In this document: one piece after another, positions 1 through 16,739 of the stretch
How positions within the stretch are numbered: position 1 is the stretch's first letter
Layout of the letters: each line of letters opens with the position of its first letter
Notes under the pieces: generated by a model
What the model was told of the DNA's origin: nothing
Databases searched by the model: none
What the model saw: the letters and a program-made list of their open reading frames with translations, nothing else
DNA from: the human T2T-CHM13v2.0 reference genome, Homo sapiens
Reading direction: 5' to 3' (one strand)
DNA length: 64,000 bases
Assembly (NCBI RefSeq): GCF_009914755.1
Contig: NC_060932.1
Translations under genes and position numbers: made by a program

Positions 1-496
1 CTGTTTAAAATAATATTTTATACTCCTGTGCACAGATTATCATTGCTCTCCAAATTAAAACTAAACTACAATTACTTTCCTAGAATGTCAAGTACTGTAT
101 ATATTAATTGCTCCTTTTGCATTTCCATGAAGATGATCCTTCATCCTGTAACTTTTTAAATTTTGGACCAAGAAAGAACCACCAACCAAATCCAATGAAA
201 ACACAAATAATGGACTCCACATAATAACCATCCAGGGCTGTAACACATGAGCCACCCAGTTTTTTGCAAAGCTTTAAAAATAAAGCTATAGTAAATAATC
301 CACAATTTCACAATGAAAGTATTTAGCAATTAACATGCTTCTACTTTAAAAAGAATTAATCAAAATATATTTTTCTTAAAACATTTCAGTATTTCACTGA
401 ATTCCAATGACAAAATATGTTAATGTATCTTAATCTCTCTAATGCTACTAACAGGATTAAAAACAATTTTCAGTTCTTGCTGTAAACAATACTCAT

Positions 497-786
497 TTTC
501 TTTTTTGAGGCAGGGTCTCACTTGTGGCCCCGGATGGAATGCAGTGGTGTGATAATGGCTCACTGCAATCTCTGGCTCCTGGGCTCAAGCAATCCTCCCA
601 CCTCAGACTTCTGAGTAGCAAAGACCACAGGCGTGCACCACCATGCCCCATTAATTTCTATATTTTTTGTAGAGATGATGTTTCACTATGTGGCCCAGGG
701 TGGTCTTGAACTCCTGGGCTCAAGCAATCTGCCTGCTTCAGCCTCTCAAAATGCGGAATTACAGGTGTGAGCCACCACACCCAGCC
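497..786 (-). mobile_element. Alu (J-like)
   Basis: Poly-T followed by reverse Alu sequence. Confidence 0.9.
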
Positions 787-796
787 GAATATCTGT

Positions 797-1019
797 TTTC
801 TTTCTTTTTTTTTTTTTATTATACTTTAAGTTTTAGGGTACATGTGTACAACAGGCAGGTTTGCTACATATGTATACATGTGCCATGTTGGTGTGCTGCA
901 CCCATTAAATCATCACTTACATTAGGTATATCTCCTAATGCTATGCCTCCCCACTCCACCCACCCCACAACAGGCCCTGGGGTGTGATGTTCCCCTTCCT
1001 GTGTCCAAGTGTTCTCATT
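797..1019 (-). mobile_element. L1PA 3' end fragment
   Basis: Poly-T then ttatactttaagttttagggtacatgtg. Confidence 0.9.
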
Positions 1020-2599
1020 CAGAACACCTGAAATTTTAAAATAAGGTAGTCCAGACTTCCATCTGTTATTTATCACATTTTTGTATTTACCTGTGGTGAT
1101 GAGTTTGAGATAAGTACATTTAACACTCTGACAGTTTTACATCAGCATAGGTCTTGCACACTGGTTGTCAAATAAATACATGCTATGGGCTGAGTTTGGA
1201 GAGAAGAACGTTCAAAGTGTGTTGATTGTATGTTGATAACTTTTTCTAGTTGTTTAGATATTGATGACACTCTTTCAGTATTCTGGGTTGAGCATTTAGT
1301 TATAAAGTGTGCCCAAGGTGGATTAAGACTGGAGCATAAGCATTATTCTCAAATGGTTAAGAGGTCTCTGCGTCCTTTTAAAGATCCAGGATCAATCAAT
1401 GTATCATCTATCTATCTATCCATCTGTCCATCCAGTGGGATATTTATTGAGTATATGTTGTGTGCTTTCATTGTACTTGGCATTATGAAGGGGAAAATAG
1501 ACCTGGTCTCTACTTTCATTTATGTAGCGATAGACCTAAATCAAACAGCCTTGATCATTGAAAAAGTGTTTTACAAAGGAGAAATAGGTATTAACAGTGG
1601 TAATGGGTCTGTGTAAGGAAGGAATTTAACTCAACAGGATGACAGAGAAGACCCTCAGAAGAAGGGAAGCATGAAATGGGAGCTGAAGGAGGAGGAGTTA
1701 ATAGAAAGATGGCTAGATAAAGGTGAAGAGAGAAGTAGAGGTAAAACCATGTAAGTGCTTGTAGTCCATATTAAGACATTCTATCAGTATCTCAATAGCC
1801 ATCAGTATTAATGGCCGTTGAAAAATCTACCGAGATGTGGGTGGACATTGCCAGATTTTTGTGTTATTGTTAGTAAATGTTTCCTTTCATCTCTGGCAAT
1901 ACTTCTAATCTTGAAGTCTAGTTTGTTAGATATTACAGCCACTCAGCCTTCTTTTAATTGGTGTTTACATAATATATACATTTGCTATTATTTTGCTTTT
2001 AAGCTGTCAATATATATCTTTTGTAAACAGCATGGGATTGGGTCTTGGTTTTTAATGTAGTGTGACAATTTCTACCTTTTGATTAGAGAGTTTAGTATTA
2101 TTGGCACAATTAGGGTTAAGGCTATGGTCTTGCCATTTGTTTTCTATTTGTTCCATCTGTTTTCATTTATTGTTTTTTTTTCTTTCCTTTTTGGGATTAT
2201 TTTTTACACTTCTATTTTAGTTCATTTATTGGCTTTTCAGTTTTTCTTTTATGTGTTTACACTAGGAATTATAAAATGTATCCTTTATGTATTATGGTCT
2301 ATTATATATTGGTACTATATGATTTAATATTAAATGTAAGAACTTTACAACCATATATTTCCACTTACTGTTTCTCATATTTTGTGATATTTGCTTCCAT
2401 TCTGTAATAAGTCTCACAATACATTGTTATTATCTTCACTATAAATAATCAATTATATTTTAAATTAATTAAGACATAGGAAAAAATCTATATTGCCTGC
2501 ATATTTACCATTTCTTGCATTATTCATTCTGTTGTATAGATCTGGGTGTGTAAATGGTTTCATTTTCTTTCAGACTGAAGATTTTTCTTAAAAATATTT

Positions 2600-4110
2600 C
2601 AAAATGTATGAAGCAAAATCTTACAAAATGGAAGACAGAGATAGACAAATTCACAATTACAGTGGAAAAATTTACTTCTCAACCTTACTTTTTCAATAAT
2701 TAATAGAAAATGGTGACCAAAAATGGGTAAGGGTATGAAAGATTTGAGCAACATTCATTATCACTGGCCATCAGAGAAATGCAAATCAAAACCACAATGA
2801 GATACCATCTCACACCAGTTAGAATGGGGATCATTAAAAAGTCAGGAAACAACAGGTGCTGGAGAGGATGTGGAGAAATAGGAACACTTTTACACTGTTG
2901 GTGGGACTGTAAACTAGTTCAACCATTGTGGAAGACAGTGTGGCGATTCCTCAAGGATCTAGAACTAGAAATACCATTTGACCCAGCCATCCCATTACTG
3001 GGTATATACCCAAAGGATTATAAATCATGCTGCTAGAAAGACACATGCACACGTAGGTTTATTGCGGCACTATTCACAATAGCAAAGACTTGGAACCAAC
3101 CCAAATGTCCATCAATGATAGACTGGATTAAGAAAATGTGGCACATATACACCATGGAATGCTATGCAGCCTTAAAAAATGATAAGTTCATGTCCTTTGT
3201 AGGGACAGGGATGAAGCTGGAAACCATTATCCTTAGCAAACTACCACGAGGACAAAAAACCAAACACCACATGTTCTCACTTATAGGTGGGAATTGAACA
3301 ATGAGAACACACGGACACGGGAAGGGGAACATCACACACCAGGGCCTGTTGTGGGGTGGGGGGTGGGGGAAGGGAAAGCATTAGGAGATATACCTAATAT
3401 AAATGACGAGTTAATGGGTGCAGCACACCAACATGGCACATGTATACATATGTAACAAACCTGCAAGTTGTGCACATGTACCCTAGAGCTTAAAGTATAA
3501 TTAAAAAAAAGAAAGATTTGAGCAACACTGTCAATCAATTTGACTCATTAACATTTGTAGAAAATATGCTCAACAATACAGAATACCCATCCTATTCAAG
3601 GGCATGTGAAACAATCACTAAGAAGGTAATATATTAAGGCATAAAACAAATCCCAATAAAATTAAAATATGAAAATTATACACAGTATATTATTTTACCA
3701 TAACAGAATTCAATTATAAATTAATAACAAAAAGATACTCGAAAAATACCAAATATATGGAAATCAAACAATCTATGGGTCTAACAAGAAATCACAATAA
3801 AGTTAGAAAATTTTTTGAACTAAGTGATGATGAAAATAAAGCATATCAAAAACATGTGAGATACAGCTAAAGCAGTGGTTAGGGAACATTTATAGCTTTA
3901 AATGCTTATATTAGGGAAAAAATTCTAAAATCAGTAATCTATGCTTCCATCTTAAGAATCAGAAAAAAATCAAGAACAAATTAAAGCCAAAATATGTAAG
4001 AAAATAGAAACAAGAAAGATGAAAGTAGAAATCAATGAAATAGTAAACGGACAAGTTAACAAAGTCTTAAAAATAATTTTTGAAAAGACTGATAACATTG
4101 AAAACATTGT
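2600..4110 (+). mobile_element. Old L1M ORF2 fragment interrupted by a younger L1PA
   Basis: A-rich, decayed ORF2 endonuclease-like sequence continuous across the TSD. Confidence 0.6.
2755..3510 (+). mobile_element. 5'-truncated L1PA with 17-bp TSD
   Basis: ORF2 C-terminus ([20 protein letters not shown]) and 3'UTR; TSD GAAAGATTTGAGCAACA at 2737-2753 and 3511-3527. Confidence 0.95.
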
Positions 4111-4590
4111 GATACCATTTTCACATTTGAGTTTTAAAATTTTCAGGTAATTTAAATTTTATGTAAAGTTCACAACCACATATTCCTCATATCAGTGTGT
4201 TGTAATTTGTTACTAATAAAAAATTACCAAAATTTTAAATGACATTTTAATAATTAGAGCTTATTCAAGTTTATTCCTACAATGTTATTCTCACCAAATT
4301 CCATTAGTACATGCTTTTCTGAAAGAGAAGAAAAGAATGACACCATAAGGTGTACTTTGTGGGTTGTATATAACCGTAGATATCCCCATGAGAATGTCTC
4401 AAATTTGAATATCACTTGGCATGCTTGATAGAAGTAAGGGGGAAAAAAAAAGCTAAGAATCATTTAAGTAGCTCAGCTAATAAAAGTCTCTATATTAGAA
4501 CATGAATATTTGTCCAAAAGTTACATGGAATAAAATCACAGAAAAATGATCAAGAACATGATAAAAGGGTTGAAATAAACCAAGAGTCAA

Positions 4591-5030
4591 TGTGCATTAG
4601 GCCATTCTTGCATTGCTATAAAGAAACACCTAAGACTGGGTAATTTATAAGAAGAGAGGTTGAGTTGGCTCATGGTTATGCAGGCTTTATAGGAAGCATA
4701 GTGTCATCTGCTTCTGGGGCGGCCTCAGGAAGCTTTAACTATGGCAGAAGGTGAAGCAAGAGCAGGCAGTTCACACGGTGAAACCAAGAGCAAGAGAGAC
4801 ATAGTGGTGCTGGTGGGGAGGTGGGGAGTGCTACACACTTTTAAACAACCAGATATCATGTGAACTCAGGGGAAGAGCTCACTTATCACCAAGGAAATGG
4901 CTCAAACCATTTATTCATGAGGGATCCACCCCCATCATCCAAAAACCTCCCACCAGGCTCCACCTCCAGCAATGGGGATTACTTTTCAACATAAGATTAG
5001 GGCGGAGACAAATATACAAACTGTACCACA
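4591..5030 (+). mobile_element. MaLR solo LTR (MST-like)
   Basis: tg..attaggccattcttgcattgctataaagaaa..gactgggtaatttataagaa, typical MST terminus; orientation convention uncertain. Confidence 0.8.
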
Positions 5031-5275
5031 AGGTCTGTTGGCACTTGCATCCGTTTCTTTGTGTGAATCCATTAGAACCTATTCCACGGTTGCAAAAGAG
5101 TTATTTCTAAAAAATAAACTCTGCCCTTTAAGTTGAGAAATGTTTTGTTTTACAGGGATCTTTCTAAAACTTCAGATAGCAAATTTCTAAGCAGCGTCAG
5201 AATCTTTCAGGATGACGTAAATTAAACATAATTATATTTCTTAAATAAATGTTTCCATTGTTTCATTCCTAAGCA

Positions 5276-5342
5276 TTATATATATATTTATATATGATAG
5301 ATATTTTTATATATGTATATATATATATATACATATATATAT
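5276..5342. repeat. (TA)n microsatellite
   Basis: Direct reading. Confidence 0.9.
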
Positions 5343-5686
5343 TTCTAGGTGCTGTTTTTGAATGAAGAAAGACTATGATTATTTTACCTACCCAATGCAG
5401 AAGTATGGAAGTAAAATTAATACTATGTCTACGCAAAGATTTCATAAAAACATGTTTGTAGGATAAATTGTGAATCCTTCTAATTCCCTGGCTATTTTCT
5501 AGAACATGTGTGTCTTCTATTTATTTGGCAAAAAATGTATGGAGTGCCTACTATATGACAGACACTGTGCTAAGTGTTTGGGATGCATCACTGATGAAAC
5601 AGATTTCTCTCCTCATGGAATTTGAGATTAATTTTCCCAATGCAAAGTTCTAGTCACTTTATAACTCCATTTAAAAACTTTCAGTA

Positions 5687-6001
<315 letters not shown>

Positions 6002-6724
6002 ATCTTTCAGTTGTTCCCCGGTTTATGCTAAGTTAAAAACAAGCTCCTTAGTCTTTCATTAAGACACGATCTGGCCCAAACTTCCTTCCCATGTTTGCCT
6101 CCTGTGTTTTATTTTCTTTGGCTTGATCTTATACTCCAGTGAAACTGGGAGATTCCTACCTTCAGGTTTTCACCTACCCAGAATGTTCCAGGGCCTGTCT
6201 TTATTATCATCTTTCTTTTTCCTTTCAGTCTGTCTTATGTTTCCCCTCCATCCTTCCCTTTCTCCCTCCTTTCCTCCCTTCTGATCCTCTGTCCCTTCCT
6301 ACCTATCCACTCATTTCCTCAGCAAACATAATTGAGTGTCTACAGTGTGCCAGGCACTGTGCTAGATGCTGGGGAGGTAAAGACAGTTTTCTCCTTATTT
6401 CCACTTATTGAAATATAAGCAAGCAAGGCTTGAATTTGAGCATTAAATCTAAGTAACACTCTTGAGTGTGGGGCAAGACATGTCACTCAAATGTCTGTCA
6501 GCCCAGTTACTGGACACTGACATCCTATAAGCTCCAAGAGCGCAGGGGTCATGTGTGTTGTTCACTTTTTAATCTCCAGTGCTTGGCACATATCCTGGTT
6601 ATATGGCTGATGTTTACGAGTAATTTTTGAATGAATGAATGAATGAGAACAAACAATAAGACAGTATACTACTTTAGAATAGTAGCAGAAGACAAAATTA
6701 TTGAACTGCCCAAGATCCTTGAAG

Positions 6725-7040
6725 AGGCTGAGCATAATGGCTCATGCCTGCAATCCCAGCACTTTGGGAGGCTAAGGAGGGAAAATCACTTGAGCCCAGG
6801 AGTTCAAGACTAGCCTGGGAAACATAGAGAGACCTCATTTTTACAAAAAATTTAAAAATTAGCCAGCAGTGGTGGTGCATTTCTGTAGTCCCAGCTATTA
6901 GAGAGGCTGAGGTTTGAGGATTGTTTGAGCCTGTGAGGTCAAGGCAGCAATAAGCAGTGCTCATGCCACCTACTGCACTCCAGCCTGGGTGACACACAGA
7001 GCAAGGCCTTGTCTCAAAAAAAACAAAAAAATAAGAAGGA
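6725..7040 (+). mobile_element. Alu (J-like)
   Basis: Full dimer, diverged. Confidence 0.9.
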
Positions 7041-7931
7041 AAAGAAAATGCATAAGGAGAGGAAACTTGGAAGCCTTGGAGTTGGAATGATAAAACCAGT
7101 TGAGAGTTGAGTTTCAACTCAATGTTCTAGGTAGATGAAACCCTGAGGGTAGGAATCTCCCTGTTTGACTGCAGTATAAGATCATCACAAAGAAAATAAA
7201 ACACAGGCGGCAAACATAGGAAGGTGGTTTGGGCCAGACTGGACTGTCTTCATGAAAGACTGAGGAGTTTGCTCTTAACTTAGTAAAAACAAGGGAATAA
7301 CTGAAAGTTTTTAAATGGGGTTATAAAATGGCTAGAAATTGGACTGTTACCCATCTCTGAACTATCCCCAAGCCCAGCAAGTAATGAAAAAGAAAACTTA
7401 GAAAACATATTTATTTCAGAGACATATTTCTTGAATCTAAGGCAAAAAAAATGTATCTTTTCAGTTGCACTTCCTTTGATTAGGCAATTAAAATCTCTTT
7501 TTTACTTATTTGCTAGGAAACTCAGCTGAATAGTGTTCAACTCTCAAGTCCAGCTAAGCCTCAACTATAAATGCAGGTGCTATGATTTCTCTCATCAGCG
7601 TACAGTTAAGACAAAGTGTGATAACTTAAAACATGAGAACTACACAGGTCCAGTTACACAGGAAGAGCTCAATGCATATAGCTGCTCCATATATTCCAGG
7701 AACTCTTTATACTCCTGGTGTCTTCAGATAGGACCAACTTGTTTTGGATCCTAGCATCCAGCAATAATAAGTGGCTGGGAACTCCGAAACCAGACTGCCA
7801 GGACTTTAACCCTGACTTTGTCCATTTTTATGTAAATTTGAGCGTCAATTAATATTTATCTGCTTATTTTCTTACCTATAAAATAGCTATAATATTACTA
7901 TTTGCCTCAGAGCACTGTAAAAAATAAGTTA

Positions 7932-8351
<420 letters not shown>

Positions 8352-10602
8352 TTACAAGATTCTTGGCTGTAATCAACAGTCTTCAAAGTGGGAACATCAT
8401 AATGATTGAGAGCAACAACCCTGGGGTAAAATTGCCTGGATGCACATTATAGGTCTACCACTTCCTAACTTCCTTTGTGAACTCAAACAAATTAATGCCT
8501 CTGAGTTTAAATTTCCTCCTCCCTAAAATGAGAATACTAATAGTTCCCATGTCATAAAGTTTTGTGAGTTTTAACTCCAATAACTGATCGTACACTTAAA
8601 ATAGAATCGGGCATATAAGTATCACTCAGTAAATATTAGCCCTTCTTATAATGAAAAAAAAATGCATACCCTCAAAGTGCTCATAGTCTCATAGGAGGGA
8701 GAAAATGAGACATGTAACAAATAATTACAACATACAGTGGTCAGGGCTGATGGGCCTATGCTTAATGAGAGTATAAGACAGACTCCTTTATGTGGCGCTT
8801 CAGGGAAATTATCACCTAATTGATAGTTAACCAAATATATTTACTGGGTAGACTATAAGCACTTAATTACCTGATTGGAATAACAAATATTGACGAAGAA
8901 GGGGAAACCCCTCTAGAGAAAATAAGCATTTTCTTAGTGGGACATTTTTGTTTTGATCATTAATGACTTAGCTACATTTCATTTATTCTAAGTTTCCTAA
9001 AAGATTGTTCAACTGTGCTAATAACAGTGAATCCAGCTCTTGCTTCATAAGAACAGAAAATATGCTTAATTAACAATGCAAATCACAACAGCCCCCCGCC
9101 AAGTAACTATGCTATTTTCACAGCTTGCTTCATACGTCTTCTACCAGCCCCTGGTAATTCTTTGTGTATTTTTGTACTCCAGGGGAAATCATGGTTATTG
9201 TCTAGGCTGTGTCTAAATAGGTTGCATGTACCCAAGAGTTTGTGCCATTTCTTTACACTCATCAACTTCATCTGTCTACTTTGTTCCTTTTGTTCATTGT
9301 ATTTTTTTGCCCCTATGACTATGCTGAGAAAGATCAAAGAGCAGATTCCTACTTTGTATGAGTATATTGTTGGGGAGATTGAAATGTAAGTCAGAAAGGT
9401 TTAAACCAAAGCCATCAGAGCCCAAGTAAGCCCGACACATGGAGGGGGCTTGCAGTGATGGCTCAGAGTTATCATTAGATAAAGTGACAATGACTGCACT
9501 TTGTTCTGTGAATGTGCTGATTAGTAGAAAGTTCTAGTTAATGGAATTGACCATCTGAAAATATAAAAGACTATGCTTGGTTTTTCTATGGTTCTGCTTG
9601 TTACTTAACTTTCTTGCTATTTTTCAGTTTAGATTTGGTTTGCAATATATTTTTCTTACGCTTTCTTTACCCTTAGAGAAGAATGCAACAGTTTATATAG
9701 TTGCCGTCCATGTGAGTGACAAAAAAGAAATCCAAGAAAATCACACAGAAACTCCCGTCTCCATAAGAGACCAGTATGAAGATTTTATGTCCCAGAAACA
9801 TCTTGCCAGAAATGTATTCCTACTGGGAATAAAAGCCTGAACCTCAGGGAAGAAAATACTTTATTAATACTTTCTTAAAGATTTTAACGTTAGTCAGTTT
9901 TGGATCATTTATGAAGAGCAGCCTTGAGAACATGTTGGTAAGCTTAAGTAACACTGAATTAAAAAGTCACAAAGTAATAATTTTGTAGAAGCTGCATTGG
10001 TTGGGATCTTTTTCCATCCCCTTGCCCTGCTTTCCTCTCCAGGCTTCAATCTTAAGAATCCATGCAGCAATAAGACATCTGACAGCAGCTGCAGCCCTCT
10101 ATCCACCCACATACAAAGGCAGTAGCATTTCAGTCTCCTCATTGACCTGAGTTGAGTTATGTTCTTAGGTGCCACTTGACTTAGGCATAAAAAACATGCC
10201 TTTCCCCAAGCCTTAGGACTGAAATATTGGGGAAGGATGGTTTCTATGGGTAATTTAGAGTGTTCTTAACAAGCACAAAATGAGAAATGGGATAGTAGGC
10301 ACTTAGAATACAGCAAATACATTCTATTAAAAGTGCTAGGAAGTCATTTAACAATCAGTAAACGTGCATTATATGAGGGAGGCACTTAACTGTTGGACAT
10401 GTAATGCTCTATTAGTATATTGGCTCTCAACAGAAAATAATTTCCCATATTTCCATGTGTTACGATAACAAATAGTGTGAAATAGAATTTTGGTTTCTTC
10501 CTTCCACCCTTCAGACCTTTGACAAAAAAATCAGAATCACAGAATATTAGAGCTGGAAAGAATCTGGAGCTTCATTATGGAGCTAGGTACCATTTAATTT
10601 AA

Positions 10603-10962
<360 letters not shown>

Positions 10963-12977
10963 TAGGAACTTAATGAATACGTACATATATTACTAATAAA
11001 TTATATTCCTCTACTATCCTACCAGTATACTGTCTATATTATAAATGTACATCAAGAAAAGAAATTTCAAAAAAATTTAAAGATGAGATAGATGATATAA
11101 TATCTTCCTAATCATGATGGTTTCATGTTTTCATTTGCACAACATTTACTTCCTGAGATTCGTAACTAATTATGGTGGATGAAAATCCAAAGTCCAGGTA
11201 GTCTCTTGATCATTTCAAATATTTGGGCCAATTCATTTCTAGTACTGGTTAAACTGACTTTTGAAAAAATCCTGTAGTATTGCTGATAAAAAGATGGCAA
11301 TAAGTTTAAGGAAAGGGTCAAGTCTACTGTTTTCTTTCTTATTTGAATCTGAATTAGTAGTATTTGCTTCATTCTGATTTTTATTTTGTTCTGTTTTTTA
11401 TCAGAAATCTGTTTAAACCACATGTCCATTCTATAAGTATTATTTTATCTAAAACAAAAAATAGTAAATCCATAAAGCTCCCTGACTGGACACTCATCAT
11501 CTGCCATTAGAGTAACGACCCTCTGTCAAGAGCCACCCACTCTGTCCTCAGGATGCTTCTCACATCTTAAGTGCTCACTTAACAGTCCAATGAAGGACAA
11601 GCATCAATCTATGTATTAGATACTTTTAAAGCCAATTTCGTTCTCATTTCTAAGATAAAGATAAAAATAAGTGCTGTTTTCTCCCCACAACCTGGGGCCT
11701 GCCTTGAACATTCTCTAGATTAGACCAATCCACGTTGGAGACCAAAGACTAGTGGCATAGGATGTGTACAGGCCAACAACATCTGTTACTACTGGAAGCC
11801 AACTGTGCAGCTTGGCTCTATTTGCCCATCAGTAAAAACAGGATTATAAAGTGATTCTCACAGAGTTTTTGCAAGGATTAAGTGAGATAATTATTTTCAG
11901 TGCTGAGCAACCTTTTCTGAAGGGACAATAAGTTGTCTTCATTAGGATCTTGTGTGGCCTGAAGTCAGACTACCTAAGCTCAAAGGCTAAGTATCAAGTC
12001 TGCTAATGACGGGACCTTGGGCAAGTTACTTACACTTTGCAAGGCCCGGTCTCTTCACGTGTTAAATGGTACAGTAATTCATTAATGGCACAATCTTTTG
12101 AGGATTAAGTTAAATAACATTTGTAAAGCTCTTCCTACAGAGCTTGATATAAGGGAGTACTTTATAAGTATTAAATATTGTTTTATTATTATTCTCAGGA
12201 TCAGTTACAAAAAATGTTTACTAAGTTATTTTCATAATGGATATAACTATATAACCCTTTATAATTATATATAAAATCTCCTTACAATTTAGACTAACTG
12301 CATCATATAGAACAGCAGTTATAAGGTGGAGTCTGGAATTCCTTGGGTTTTCTGAAACTCTTTCAAAAGCTCCGGCAGGTCTAAAGCATTTTTGTAATGA
12401 TACTAAGAAGTTGCATTATTTTTTCACTCTCATTCTTTCATGAATTTACAGTGGAGTTTTCCAAAGGCTACATATGTGATGTTGCAACAGACCTATTCAG
12501 CTGGACATTAAAGAATTTGTCAAAATTTCCTTTACATTTTCTTACTAGATTGTTTTTTATTTATAACATATATTTATTTTTCATAAAGATACATTATAAA
12601 TATAATGGTTTGTTACTGTTTTTAAGCAAACAAGTAAATATGTATTTTCAGTTTTTCTCAGAGTAATTTCCAGTAAGATAAATCTTGACAACTATAACCC
12701 ACATAAATAAAAATCTGTGGGATTCTTAGTAATTTTTTTAGTAAACAAGTTTCTAAAACCAACAAGTTTGAGAATTGATATAGAAGATTGTCTATGAAGA
12801 AAATGGCAATGTTTTTAGCCACTAAAATTAGCCACACAGTCTATTCTTTCAGCCTGAAGGTAGAGCCCAGCTGGGAGGCTGTGGTTAAGCTGGATGCATG
12901 AGCCTTCTCCAGGAGACGACTGTGTGATGCTGATGTGAAGCACTGAGCATCCTACCTGGTGAAAAGTGGGGATTGTA

Positions 12978-13271
12978 GGCCGGGCCTGGTGGTTTACCTG
13001 CAATCCCAGAACTTTGGGAGGCGGAGGCAGGCAGATCACTTGAGCTCAGGAGTTTGAGACTAGCCTGGGCAATATAGTGTGACCCTGTCTCTACTAAAAA
13101 TACAAAAAATAGCCAGGCATGGTAGTGCGCACTTGTGGTCCCAGCTACTCCAGAGGCTCAGGTGGGAGGACGGCTTGAGCCTGGTAGGTGGAGGTTGCAG
13201 TGGGCCAAGATGGTGCCACTGCAGCCTGGGGTGACAGAGGACCCCATCTCAAAAAAAAAAAAAAAAAAAAA
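12978..13271 (+). mobile_element. Alu
   Basis: Dimer with long A tail; imperfect TSD aaaag(t/c)gggg(a/t)ttgta. Confidence 0.92.
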
Positions 13272-13805
13272 GCGGGGTTTGTAGCACAGGGTCATGGTGG
13301 TTGAAAAGGGACCCAGAAGTGTTGAATGTCTTTCCTAAGGTCACAGTCCGTTAGTGACAAAGCGGGAATACCTAATGGAGTATTTATTCCTTCTCCAAAT
13401 TTTTATCTGAAGGTGAACTTTTAAATATAAATATTCCAGAGATTCTCACAATTATCTTTCTGTCTTACAATCCCTTGTAAATATAGTAGAAATAAAATAA
13501 CAAAACATTGTGATCATTATGAAACATTCATTCATTAAATTGTAATTCCATCAATCTTATTGTGACTCTCATCTTACCATTGTCCCTTTTAGCTGGACCT
13601 TATAAGATCTATAAATAGAGACATGTTACTATTTTCTAGTTGTAAACAAAGTATACAACTTAAGGATATTTGTCATATTTTGTAGGTCTCTTTAGAGAAT
13701 TGTTCAACCTAGAATCTGCATTTTCTTCACAAAATGTCTTCTACAAATGTCTCATTGCTCTATTCCTTCACTATCTAGTGCTATTTAGGTCTTTCCTGTT
13801 TTTTT

Positions 13806-13958
13806 CTCCCTCTCTGCCCTTCCTCCCTCCCTCCCTCTTTCCCTCCCTCCCTCCCTTCCTGCCTTCCTCCCTCCCTCCCTCCCTCCCTCCCTCCCTCCCT
13901 TCCTTCCTGCCTCCAGTCTGCCTTCCTTCCTTCCTTTCTTCTTTCTTTCCTTCCTTCC
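13806..13958. repeat. (CCCT/CCTT)n polypyrimidine tract
   Basis: Direct reading. Confidence 0.9.
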
Positions 13959-14933
13959 ACTTTAAAATACATCCTATAGGGATAATGGCATATTTCTTCT
14001 CTTCTTCATCTCTCATTCTCACATATTAAAGGCCAACTGTAACCTGCCAACTAGCAAAAAATTGTCCTTCTGGACAGAAAAGAAATATCCATTCTGGTTG
14101 TACTCTCTAAATGTTTACAAATGAAAGCAGAGAGCTAGTCAGTCAATTCTGTTTGAAATCAGCTTTTCAAGGTGACATGTGGCCTTTTTGTGCTTCAACA
14201 TGGTAATGGGATAGAATAATTTGCTTCTTTTGGTAGATTTTTCTTTAACGGTAATAGAAACCAACTTTGAGGTTTCACTGTTCCCGTATCAAACTCTTGT
14301 AAATTCTAAGGATATTTAAATGGTAACAGCTACGAGACTGCCATGGGAAATTTTGAAGCAGCTTAATCTTTTGCCACAAACAGGCAGTTCCAAAGCAGTA
14401 ATAATTTAATAATGTTGTTTTGTTTTGCAACTATGATCTGTGGGCTTAATTTTCTTGCAGCCACAAGTTTACTGAATGTGTTTGCTTGTCCCCTGTAGTT
14501 TTCTTCCAAGTTATAATTACAGTAATGATTTGTATAAAGTATTTTTTAAGATGTGGGTTCTATCTGCCATGCTTTATGCAGGAAGTCTCAGAGGCAAAAG
14601 TAACTGTGAAGTCCGCAGTTTAGCATCATGGTTAGGAGTTGCTGTCAGGCACATCTGAGTTATCATTGTTTCACCAGCCCCTGTTCAATCTTGGGCAGGT
14701 CACTTGACTGCCCTCAAACTGTGAACTATAAATTAGGCTTGTAAATAGTTCCTGCATGCTGTTGCTATGCAGATTAAATAAGGCTAGGTTAGTTAATGCC
14801 AAGTACAATTTCAACAGCTAATTAGCAATACAGACACATTCGCCATTTTTATTATGTCATAGGATATGGCCTCTAAAGGCAGAGAGAGGGAGAGAATGGA
14901 AAAGACTGAATAAACAGAAAAACAGAAAGTTTA

Positions 14934-15265
<332 letters not shown>

Positions 15266-15306
15266 TTAATTAGCAATAGAAGTTAGAAAAATTCACAAGA
15301 ATTTAT

Positions 15307-15667
<361 letters not shown>

Positions 15668-16346
15668 TTATAAACATAGGAATAGAAAAAAGGGACATTT
15701 GGTTATGGAGACTGAGAAAAAATGGAATGAAAAAGAAAGATAAATCGATTGCTGAAAGATATGCTAGGTTTAGAACTCACGCCAGAGATTTATTTTTCAA
15801 ACAGTACTGTTTGAGCAAGTACAGATGAGATTATTTAGATCTAATTTTTTATAAGGTCTAGCATCATCACTTGCTTCTTGGGTTTCTCTGGAGGCTGGGA
15901 AGCAGGAGCAGCTTCGGCAGTCTCCCTTGAGGCTTGGCCTCTTGGAAATTTGTCTATCTTGCTTTGTGACAATGTCCCAAATGCAGACTCTTTCAGAGAC
16001 AACAAAGGTCTTTTACCAATATAGTAATGAAGTTGTAACCAATCAGTGACCCTGCCTACTGCCCAAAAAACAATACAATTTTCAAGAGCTTCAGTGAACT
16101 GTCTTGGCCTAAAGTCATCTCCTTTGTGTCACCACCTCCCAAACATTTTTCTTATATTTAAGGTGTTTTTCAGAATCCTCATAAATGCCAAAGCAAAGTT
16201 TCTTTGAAGGAAAGAAAAAGACAATTGTTTCACAGCTATTATTTTGTTTTTCAGTCTGAATGGTTTGGGAGAATGAATGCAATACAGAAATCTGGATTAT
16301 TTGGATTAAACTCTTTGAACTTCATATATTCTGCCAGTAAAATCTA

Positions 16347-16739
<393 letters not shown>

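Noticed and set aside
13670-14029. ORFs with PSL/EGR repeats
   Set aside because: Translation of a microsatellite
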